From Dimorphilus gyrociliatus (lineage: Eukaryota > Animalia > Annelida), in contig CAJFCJ010000001.1 of the NCBI GenBank assembly GCA_904063045.1, positions 1,364,001 to 1,428,000 on the forward strand: 64,000 nucleotides of DNA, written 5' to 3'. Of this stretch, positions 25,535-36,778 are shown one piece after another. The position numbers and the translations under genes were made by a program. Each line of letters opens with the position of its first letter. The stretch's first letter is position 1. The notes beneath the pieces were generated by a model that was not told the origin of the DNA, did no database searches, and was given only the letters and a program-made list of their open reading frames with translations.

Positions 25535-28500
25535 ATGGAGCGAGATGAGTTTTCATGGAGGAGATTTTTTTTAATATTAGTTTTACATTTAAGAGATAAT
25601 TTGACTAATCTTCATAGGAAAATATTTCATTATTTTCTATCATATATTCTACTGCCAATGTTTATTATAAGCTTGAATAATTACGTTAAGTAAGTTCTCA
25701 ATAATTGTACACTGTTATCTGTACTGAATAAAAGTTAACAGATCAAAACATGTACAATTTGAAAAGAAATATGAGAATTATATGAATACTTTTAAGCCTT
25801 ATTCGCTCGAAACTGGATTATTACACTTTGCAGGTGAATTTACTCTTTTTCCAAGTATAAAAAACACATGCTTTCTCTAAATGAAGCTTATTTACAGTAT
25901 GCGATTTCTTTCTGAGTCAAGGAATGATATATAATCATTTAGCATATGCTCCCTGGACCCCAATCACCGAGAAAATTATGAAAAAGCTTGCTGAGAGGTA
26001 TGCTTCCAATTTATTCAGAAATTCTTCTTTTTTCTCCTCGTTAGTAAAAATATAGAACTAATACATCACTTTTCGATTTACTATAGATTTGGTCAGTTAG
26101 ATTGTGCTTCACGAAAGGCAAGGTCTGGATTAGCTGGAAATGAAACATGTGGAGAGTATCTACATTTACTACCGTTTACCGGAGAATTTCAATTAGAGAG
26201 ATACTTTAATGAGAGCGGAAGACAAAGCATACCTTGCTCTCAGAAAAGGAATTCGATACTGGCTGCAGTAATTTTCCCTGAAGCAGAAAATTATAAAGGC
26301 ACTTTACCAGAAAAGATTAAGTACGATCTAAGAATGCATTCCGATCCCTTGGGTGTGGAGGGATTTGATCAATGGATGACCAGAACAAAAATTCTAAATA
26401 GAGATGGTCCATACTTCACTTTTCCTCAGCGTATACGAAATTTTATCTAAATTTTATAACGCTTATTAACACTGAGATTATGAATCCTATAGCATACATC
26501 TACGAACCTCCAAGAGTCGATAAACCTAAGCAATTCTTTCTTGAATTACAATGGCTAATTGATTCTACAATAATAGAACTTCAAGCACCAAGAGCAAATC
26601 TATCACGATTTACTTATCAATTAATAGTTGTTAATTAAAGAATTACATATAAATACAATTAATTGAACTTTTATTCTCTTGAACAGAGATTTCCAGAATT
26701 CTTAAAACCTGATAATAGAAATTATGGACAATTCTTAGACTCTACACTCATTCTATCGGTTACCATTGTTATTGGATTATTTTTAATCGGTGAAACTTTA
26801 ACTCAAATGAGGAGGAGTAAACAAGGAAAATATTGCGGTTTAATCTTACACGGAGCGTTACACAAAGAAATCTATATTGTTCGAATTGCCTCGACCAGTG
26901 TATTTTTATCCTTTCCATCTCTGATTTTTCTACTATCCATGATAGGAAGTAAATACAGCATCTTTAGTAGACAATTAACTAATCAGGTTTTGACAACATG
27001 GATTTTATATTTAACATCCGTCATGCTACTTATTCCTCTATTAGTGAATTTGAATATTATCAGTTAGAATTACTATAATAACTGTTACAGTATCTTAACT
27101 GAAGATTTGTTTGATTTTTATTGCAGGTGGTTTACCTCCTATTACTACTCAAGTTTGCTTTTATATAACAACGTTTGTTGAATATTTCATTGAAGAAAAT
27201 TACTTCTACATGCTTATTCCAAGATTGTTAATTACTCATATCAATTTTGGAAAGACTTTAAGAAAAGCTCTTCATGATAAAGACGGTAAAAATAAATTAT
27301 TTAGACATTCCCCTGACTTATAAAACAATATATCGTTCTCCTCCAGACGAAATATTTCAAGAAATGAGCCATATGATAGCAAATTTGCTTATATATTTAT
27401 TTTTACTATTTTTCACCGCTCATATAGCACCTGCTCCACATGGTCTCGGTTTGTCTTGGAACTTTTTATTCTCCTCTAAGTATTGGATGTGTAGATTTGA
27501 AAGGGAACATTGTCAGTCAGATGATTATTATAGGGAATATTCTTTAGCTGTACAGTTAGATAATATTCAAAAGATTGTACAAAAGGGAGTTTTAAGAACA
27601 GAAACAGTTGCCCCATTCTCCATGAAAATTCCTACTGATGAAATAACCGTAATCCTAGGTCCACCAAAGAGCGGAAAGTCAGCTTTAGCGGAGATGATAT
27701 CTTCTAATACTTTGCCTACTTCTGGTGACATAACAGTATGTGGTATAAATACAAAAGATCAAAGATCAAAGAGTTTAATTAGCTTATCTAAAGATTACGA
27801 TCTTATTTATTCTAATTTAACTATTGCTGAAAATATTGAATTCTATCATAGTCTGAAAGGAATTCAAGCAATTTCAAACTGGAGTAATTACGATAAAATG
27901 CCTAGACTATTAACTAAGAAAGGGAAATTAGGTATTGACTACGTTCTGCAACAATTCGAAATGTTAGAAAATTCCAAAGCTTCTTGTTACACATCTGATG
28001 ACAGAATTATTCTCAATTTTTGTATAGCGTTGACAGGTCAGTCAGAGATAATTGTTATTGATCATTTACTATCAAAAATGATTGATTTTCGGAAAAGGCA
28101 ACGTTTATGGGATACGATAAAAGAATTAAAAGTCGGTAGGGCGATCATACTCACAAGTACAAATATGTCCGAAGTAAGAATATTAGATTGTAGGACTATA
28201 TGTCTAATTGCAAATGGGGTTGTTCAATTTGTCGGATCACAAAGATCATTTGCAAAAACTTATGGAATAGGCTACGAACTGTCTTTTAACTTTACAACTG
28301 AATTAGATATAGATTATCTAAATACTATGGTTTCTTCATCAATTAGGAAATTATCAATAATAAAAAAAGAAAAAAATACGATTTCGTATCGTTTACCTTT
28401 CAATTCCTCCAATAAGTTTGCCGAACTTTTCTCTAAGGTTTATAGAGAAGATAGAAATTTTAATCTACGTCTTATATCATACGACGACGTCTACGATAAG

Positions 28501-31349
28501 ATATATAAGGTTGGTAATTTTCTTAATCTTACTCAAGAGAGTCTTTCAATCATATTTTCCATCGGAATTAAAACAAACAGGGAGAATTAAGAATAACAAG
28601 TGATAATAAAGATGATTATCATATTGAAACATTTACCGCTATGATGATGTATGGAAAATCTAAGCTAAAAAATATTAAATATTATACTAATTCGAAAACT
28701 ACTGAAATGAAACAGAAATTGTTAGCTCTTGTCGAATACAGGTTGTCAGTATATATTAGATTATGGCCAATACTATTACTTTTAGCCCTTAGTCCAGTAT
28801 TTGGGGTAATTGTTTGGACTCAGGGCGATAATCCCACCGAATTCCTTAATTGGCCTCCAATAGAATTGAGCGCTGGAACCTATGCTTCTAAAGATTGGTA
28901 CGGTTAGTTTTTAAATTTAACATTATTTGATTTTTCAACCAATGCAATATTTCATTATATTATTTAGCGAGGTTCCTTATTTCGCAAGTCCGTCTTTAAG
29001 AAAATTAAGTAAAATAATTGGAAATCACCTTAAATACTATAATATACCATTGAAGAATGTTAGCGCTCACCTAAAGAACAAAACTGCCAGAGAATTCGAA
29101 CAGAAACTTCAACAGTTGCGAATTAAGCATCAAGGATATTTTAACCAAAGATATTTTCTTGCTTATTTATTCTTACCCGGAGAGAAGGTTACTTTAGCAG
29201 CTTTCTATTCCTCTTCGGCTTTACATTCTCCCGCTGTGGCTGTTAACACGATATCTAATACTTTACTGAAGAATTTCGCGGGAGAACAATTTTCTATTAT
29301 CGCTCGAAATTATCCACTACCTCCTAGGATAAAAGCTATTACTACTTTCAATAAAGCAACTGGCCAATCTAAATTATTATGGTCTCATTTAAGGGCTAGG
29401 ATATTAACTTATTCCCTAATAATATTTTTAGGTTGTATTTACATCATATTGTAGTTTTCTATACGAATACAACTTTTCATTTTCACCGTTAGGATTCTTT
29501 ATTATCCTCCCAGTTAGACATAGGAGGAATGGTATAAGGTCGCAGCACATAAATTACATAGAATCACCAAAATTATATTGGTTGGCTATATGGTTCTTTG
29601 AGATTTTTTTTATGTCATGTCTGCTATTCCCTACTGGCTTCATCTTTACTGCCCTGGGTCAGAGTGGTTATGAATGGCCCATGTTGGTGATTTATTTCCT
29701 CTTTTCAGTAACCCTATTGAGTTGGACCTACTTAATCGCTGAAATATTTAAATCGCCTAGAGTGGGACTTTTTGTCGTTGTTTGTTTTGGTAGTAGTTTT
29801 ATATCTAGATGATAAGATTATGTTTTTTCTATATAAACAAATTTTTGTAGGATTATCGATAACAATTATAATAATAGGGAGAGATTATCTAAGGGAACAA
29901 CTTGGTGGATCGAAATTTATGTGCATGAACTCAGTAGCCCTTTTAGCTCCTCAAGTAATTTTGGCTAAATCTAACCAAATTTTTCATATAAATTATTACC
30001 ATAAACTACAATGCAACGAAAGGCTAATACGTAGGGAACAATGTAAAAATGAACCATTGCGAATTAGACAGACATTAGCTTGCTGTCAGGAATGTCGAGG
30101 TAGTCATTGCGTAAGATATGCTGACAATATATTATCATTTGCAAAACCTGGTCTTGGAAGATTTTGCATAATCTTTATGATACAAACTTTCATTGCGATG
30201 ATGCTACTAATTCTTTTACAAAGTCATCGACCTGTTTTACAAACAATATTAGAAAAAAGAATGAAGTTAAGTAGACTTAAAAGCGAAGATCTATCATTGC
30301 ATGCAAGTGCAATTAAAGAGAGAAAAAGTATAATACTGTGTCCAAAATTCGAGCAAACGGACTATGATGTTGTTGCTCAAAATATAACAAAATACGACAT
30401 ACAATCGTTAAGTAAAATCAATAGAGAAATTAAACTTGAAAATGTTTATCTCAGTATTAAAAGAGGGGAGCTAATGTGCTTAACAGGATTGAAAAATAGT
30501 GGAAAAACAACTTTTTTAAGAATAATAGCTGGTTCAATAAAACCTAGTAAAGGTGTTGTTTACTTTAGAAAGAACATGCAGAAAAGCTATTTTGACAATA
30601 ATATAATTCCAGATGGAGAGTTAACTGTTGCAGAAACTTTAAATTTTGTTGCCAGGCTTCGTGGAATATCGAAGAAAGCTGCTAAATCACATGTAAGAAA
30701 TATATCAAATCTCTGCGCTCTAAAACCAATGATGAATATGAAAGTTGATACGGTATCTGAATCAACAAAAAAGAGGCTTGTCCTCGCTTCAACAATTATC
30801 GGCTTTCCACAACTACTAGTTATCAGAGATCCTTCAACGAATATCGACTTTCAGTCAAAGAAAATCTTTATGAATCTCTTAGGAATGTTGAAAGCAAGGG
30901 GCCATACTATTGTATTAAGTACTGAAAATCCAGTAGAATTTGAGAATTTGGCCGATAGAATGGCAGTTTTTTGTGTAGGAGTACTTAGAGCAGTTGGACC
31001 AGCTCCGTATCTTCGCCAATGCTTTTGCCCCGGAAGTAGAATTCGTATATCAATGACATTTGACAGTACTAGGCAAATGAAAATTGATAGACAATCAATA
31101 TCTAGGTGGCTCCAAATTCATGTTCCCGACTCAGTGAGATATCACGTTGATTTATTACAAGCTCGCCTATACTTTAGCGTCCCACCAAACGTATCAATAG
31201 GTCAATTGTTTGCATCTATGGAAAATATGAAAGAGGTTTATACTTGTATCAGAGAATACGATATTGGGGAACATACTTTCGAATCTGTAATATTTTCAGT
31301 ATCTTACATAAGATCCTTAAATTCAATGGAAAATTTAATGAAAAAGTAG
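25535..31349 (+). CDS. Full-length ABCA-subfamily transporter-like protein (TMD-NBD-TMD-NBD) with degenerate ATPase motifs
   Basis: First exon MERDEFSWRRFFLILV..YILLP (ABCA-type start); LAYAPWTP, LAAVIF, KYDLRM, FLELQWLIDSTII, QRFP (ECD1); Walker A GPPKSGKS and GLKNSGKT; YGIGYEL; AAFYSSSALHSPAVAVNTISN (ECD2); LYWLAIW; second NBD and R domain. The frames I joined stayed open. Confidence 0.88.
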
Positions 31350-31703
31350 ACAAATGACCTTTATAAGATTATTTTCTAAAATTGTTCACTATTAATTGTT
31401 CCTTTATATCTTTACCTCTCTTCTTATCGTCTTATTGTTATCAATAATGTCGTTTAAAGTATATAAATTCTATAAATTTTCTTACTTTCCCTTTTCTTCT
31501 TCTTCTTTTCCATACACAGGATAATTTTTTAATTTAGAGCTTTCGTCTTATTTGTTGTTTAAGAGTTCTTTTTTTCATAAACTACTCGATACTTGGGAAT
31601 CAACCTTGGAAAGTATAAATTATTTAGGATGCTCTCTTTTAATGCTAACATCTATCTAAATTTTAAGAAGTAGATGACAGTCTAAGAGGTGATGAAATTT
31701 GAG

Positions 31704-31717
31704 ACAAGAGGTGGCGC
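31704..31717 (+). promoter_or_regulatory. CTCF-like motif ~100 bp upstream of the C11orf54-like gene
   Basis: ACAAGAGGTGGCGC matches the 3' core (AGGTGGCGC) of the CTCF consensus. The 5' half is imperfect. Confidence 0.3.
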
Positions 31718-31817
31718 TTTTACTGACTAGCAGACAACTATAATCGTACTGGGCGTTTTATAAACTTATAAAAGAGAATTCAATTTATTGTTCCTTTTCA
31801 TCTTTCAAAGTTGAACA

Positions 31818-32744
31818 ATGACATCGAACCTAAAGACAGAGAAACTCTCTTTGTATTGTCCGGAGCTTTCGGATTTGGCCGCAGTTTTAGAAAAATCTAT
31901 GAAAGCTCATTTTCAAAATGTTACAGCATCTGTTGTCGACTGTCCCAACTTGACTAACGCCCCGTTCAATCTTATTTCAGAAGGATTGTGCGGAAATGTA
32001 CGTATTGCTGATGTTGGAGGAGTTCCTTATCTGATGCCAAAAGTTATGAAAGAGCACACGTACGAAATAAAGGAACTGTGTAAACTTGTCGAACTACAAG
32101 ATGCCTACGTGTTTGGAGCTGGCGCCGGACCTTTTCATAAACTTGGAATGAATGCTGAAATGATTTGCGATGTAAAATTTAACGGCAGTGAGAAGCTTAA
32201 TACTAAACTTGGTACATCGATAAATGGAAAAGTTAAAGTTCAAAAGGCCCCATGCGCCGAATTCGGTCTACTTGGTAATTTAGGATTCTGTGATGGAAAG
32301 CCAGGAAAGGTTATCGAACTTGTCGTTTCCAAAAGAATTTCAGAAGAAAATATAATGTCTTCTGTTCGAAAGACTCTCAAAGAAGAATACAAAGACAAAA
32401 TTGTGGGAATGTGCGGTACATTTAATGTAGAAAAAGGAAAAGTTAAAATACACTGCATGCCAGATTTTTGCAAGGAGCCCATTGAGTCAAATGAGGACGT
32501 TAATAATTGGCTTGACTTTTATGAAATTCCAGCACCTTTTACTGCTGTAGGATGGTTGATTTCAGATGATCCGGATATGGATATTCGGGTTGAGCACTTT
32601 CATGGGCTAGCTGAGGACACTGCCGGACATTATCACTATGATGTTACGCCGGACGAAGTTGTTTACAGATGTTATTTCTCTATTCCAAAGTATCTTTATA
32701 GAATTGATAGGCCAGAGATAACCCACACTTTCGGTAGAGATTAA
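31818..32744 (+). CDS. C11orf54: Ester hydrolase C11orf54/PTD012 homolog (DUF1907), single exon
   Basis: VSVVDCPNLT-like, IADVGGVPYL, GAGAGP, IHCMPDF, EHFHG and GHYHYD Zn-ligand motifs, YRIDRP end. Confidence 0.94.
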   Translation: MTSNLKTEKLSLYCPELSDLAAVLEKSMKAHFQNVTASVVDCPNLTNAPFNLISEGLCGNVRIADVGGVPYLMPKVMKEHTYEIKELCKLVELQDAYVFGAGAGPFHKLGMNAEMICDVKFNGSEKLNTKLGTSINGKVKVQKAPCAEFGLLGNLGFCDGKPGKVIELVVSKRISEENIMSSVRKTLKEEYKDKIVGMCGTFNVEKGKVKIHCMPDFCKEPIESNEDVNNWLDFYEIPAPFTAVGWLISDDPDMDIRVEHFHGLAEDTAGHYHYDVTPDEVVYRCYFSIPKYLYRIDRPEITHTFGRD

Positions 32745-32923
32745 ATAAAAATTAAAATGCTACGTGGTTACTTTTAAATGCTTTGTTTCTTTACTATTCC
32801 GATTCAATTAAAATTTTGAGCAGAACAAAAATTTATTAGAAACGCTCAAACTGCATAGTAAAAATGAAGCGCAACAATGATACAGTACAAAACGCAATAT
32901 TTTATCATTTTGCCAAGGTTGGT

Positions 32924-35779
32924 TTAAGCCAGATAAACAAAGGAGTTAATATCATTTTCGTCACGCATCATATATTTATGCTCTATCAGCCATTCAATCA
33001 TTTCCTTAATCATCTTTCTCGAAGGCTGAAACATGTTTCGGAGGATATCTACTAATTCGGTTTGCAAAGCCGCATTGGTTACAGTTTTTCGCATTTTCAT
33101 AATTTTAACGATTGCTTCTTGAACTCTTAATTCTCTCAATCGAACAATGCCTTCATTATCTTCGTTCTTTGATTTTTCAGTCGATAGCTGCAGCCGTCCA
33201 ATCAAGTTGACCTTACCTTTATGCAGTACTTTATTACCTTTGCTATATATAGAAAAAAATTTTTAAATATTTATATTATCAAGATAAAACCACTTACGTT
33301 ACTATACAGAATTGTTGGTTGACCCAAAATAGTGTTGAATCATCAATTTCTTGATGTTTTTTAATCTCAGGTTCGCATAATAACACCTGCTTTTTCATTT
33401 TAGGAAAAGCAATCAAAGACCAAACAGTTCTGCGTAATTCTGAGTCTGGTAATTGTGTTGATAAACGAAGTGCTTCATAACTTATCCTATCTTTTGGTCG
33501 TTGATTCCAAGAAAGTAAAACAGCCATTTGAAATGTTGTTACTTCTAATTCAACTTTACCAACTTCGTTCGTAAGGGTTAACTGAAATGGTATGATTTAA
33601 TGAAGGTTCTAAAATTATATCGATTTTAACTTACGGTTCCATTAGAGTATAGATGCTGCCACTGCAATTTCCTTCCAGTATGCATTCTTTTGTAAAAAGC
33701 TTCCACCTTAGGTATATAATCTTCTAATTCAACCGGTAAGCTCACGGTAACCTTGTCACTAGCTCGAGACCAGGCTCCGTCATTCAAGATTTTGATATTT
33801 AGAGATTCCGCCGTTGGTTCATTGTTATTCCTGGCGTCTAATTTAAACCTATGATTAAGATCGTCGCTAACCTTTATATCTTGGAACATCCTCTGCAGTT
33901 TGTTAACATAGTCCGCTGGCATACCAACTTCTCTCAATTGTTCGACCATTCTCTCCTCCTTATCATCATCCGCTGATGTGCCTAAAATAAGTCTCCGCGT
34001 CAAGTGTGCTTTGTGATATTTCATAAATACATCTTTGTTTGATACATATTTTAATACCAGAATAACAGATGCTAATTTCGCATCAATGTCGTCGCTGGTT
34101 AATCTTTTACTAATATTAGTTTTCCTTAATAGCATATCGCAATAATTGGCTAATAATTCAGGGCATTTAGATTCTGGTTGGCATCTAACATTTGCACCCG
34201 AAGATTTGACTGGTAATTCAAGGCAGAATATAGACAAATCATTCACAACGCGTCTGTAAGCTTTATCCCGAGATGTCATAAATCGTGCATCATCATTGAA
34301 GGCCTCTTTTACTAGTAATGAAAATCTATTAAAGAGATCAAGAAGTCGTTCAACATATTTTTCTGAATCAGTTGTGATTGTTTTAGCTGCTGCCATCATA
34401 TCGGCAATGCCAGCATCGAAGATGTGATTTTCAAGGCTTTCAAGCATGGGATTTACACCATCGGTGCCTACCCTGTCCATTAATTTAAACATCAATTCCA
34501 ACTTCTTAGTTTCGTTTTGTTTAATCATATTAGGACATTCCACAAGTATTTGCTCTCGAAATTTTTTCACTAAGATATCAACGCAGGTATCTCGTAAAGT
34601 TTGCATGGACATACTTTCTTGTCTGGTTTCTAAATAGCGATTACCGCGTTGTTCTTCCTCCTTCAATTTTTCTTCCGCATAAATCATGTAGTTCTGAACA
34701 CCATTTTCGTCCAAATAAGCTGGTGCTTTGTTTGAGTAAAACGCTTCTGTTGCTTCTATGTAAGCCCTTTCGAAGTGTTCTCTATATATTTTTAACTTAT
34801 CTTCCGCTTCACTACACAAATTAACTGAAAAATTTTTATTCTTTAAGTACAATTACTCGCAAAATGTCTCACTAACCGTAAGATTCTCTAACCCCAATTA
34901 CTAATTGACTATCAAAAGCTTCTCCATTTCTTTCTGAATGCACTAGTTTCATGGCACTATTCTGCAAACGTTCCTTAATATCATTAAAAATTGTCTTATT
35001 CCATGTATCCAACATAAGCTGAAAAATATTTTTTTAGTTCAACAGATTTGCTCAAACTGATTTGAAATTAATACTTTTTTAACAATACTATCTTCTTGCG
35101 CTTTTCGAGATGTATGATGAGCAGTGCTGGATCCAGATTTGCCCGATAAGCTAACTTCTAGTTGATTAAACGGCTGAGGTAAATATACACATTGCTCAAA
35201 AAATTTAGTCCATTCGCTTATATAGGCTTTCAATAGAGCAGAGTCCTCTGAGTGTTGAACAACCCTTTGCTGAGCTTGACTAATAAACTTCGAGATCTCT
35301 TCCTCAAGTTTAGACTTTAAGGATTGAGCCCCATTAGGATCCCACAAACAAACTTTATGAACATGCCTTTGAAAAATATAACTATATAGTACTGAAAATA
35401 TATATTTACTGACTCCTTACAAAAAAAGATCGTGCCACTGGTCATGAGATACATTTTGCTGCCGAAGTAGACTTAAAACAGTTGGCTCCATAATAGGCCA
35501 TGATTGGGCAAATGACGTTGATGAGTTTCCCTGTTAAAATAAATAAATTTAAAATTCAACCTTTATAAATCTATAATGGTTATACGACTATTTAAAGCTC
35601 CACAATGATAACGAAATAGAGAATAGAGACTTAGAAATTTCAACGTGTGCAAGTTGTAAAGTGCTAATAGAATATTCCTACAATCATTCAAAGTAGTTTT
35701 TATGTAAGATTGGTCTTTATATCTTGCAACCTTAGAGTACGAATACGTGTTTAAAAGCTTGAGCTTGGCTAGACGCCAT
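32924..35779 (-). CDS. CUL5: Cullin-5, multi-exon
   Basis: MASSQAQAFKH|GNSS..SWPIMEPTVLSLLRQ; ALLKAYISEWTKFF; PESKCPELLANYCDMLLRK; NKDVFMKYHKAHLTRRL; LRVQEAIVKIMKMRK (neddylation site); MIEWLIEHKYMMRDE. Confidence 0.97.
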
Positions 35780-36778
35780 GTTCAAACTCCTATTTTCGAG
35801 TAGACATTTTATTCGTTCAGTATTTGATATCCTCAAAGATAGTTCTTAGATTTCAACGAAATAATTCTCTTGAAAACTTACCGCTAGCATGCCTGGCTTA
35901 CTGTATTTGGTACTTGAATGCTTTGGTACGTAGTAAGGCAGTGATTGACCCGATAATTGAATGATTGAAGAACAGAATTCAGTGGTTAGAAGGCGATCTA
36001 TAGTTCATTCAATAGAGGTCGCCTTTTAACTGGTACCCTGTCCTTAACTGTAATAATGTAGTCTACTCTATTTTTGGAATAGAAATCCATGCTTATGTTT
36101 CTATAGCGGCAATTTCAAAAAATCTAATTAGAGTCTGTTTTGTAATATAATCACCTAAAGACTTAATTTATTCTTTAACCATATAATAGTGTTTCAAATT
36201 CAGCGCTATTAGTTTAATGAAGCGATAGAGTAATATAGTATGACCCTTAAAATTTGAAAAAATCTATATACACCTACTATTTGATTTTTAATGTATGTAG
36301 CTCTGTTAAGGAAGAATCGAAGTGAAAAGATTACATTGTCACTATGCAATGTAACACTGTTCGCTATAATACCATAAATCTCAAGCAGGAAACATCTAAA
36401 CAAATTATATAGTCGTGTACTTCCCTCCAATTTCCATTTATTCTATTTTAGGCAGTGTCCCGTATCAGCAAATTTTTGTCACCTAAAGTAGTTATATTAA
36501 AAAAATTAAAACCACCATTGAATGGCTTATCGATTTTCATTATAATCGATATAATATTACGGAGCTAATCGACGTATCTTCTTAACGTATTTTTATTATA
36601 TTATATATTAGAATTGACCATATATACAACATGACTGTATATATGAATATAAATTTTGAGAATTGGACGACTGTCTTTTAATGAGGAAAAAGTTAAATTG
36701 AAAAGAAAAAACAGATTGAAAAGAGTGGAATTGATAATTGATTTCAATTCTTGATAAAAATAATAATTTATAACAACT

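Noticed and set aside
36528-36575. Cluster of ATCGAT/DRE-like motifs upstream of CUL5
   Set aside because: None is a full TATCGATA, and such matches are common in AT-rich DNA.
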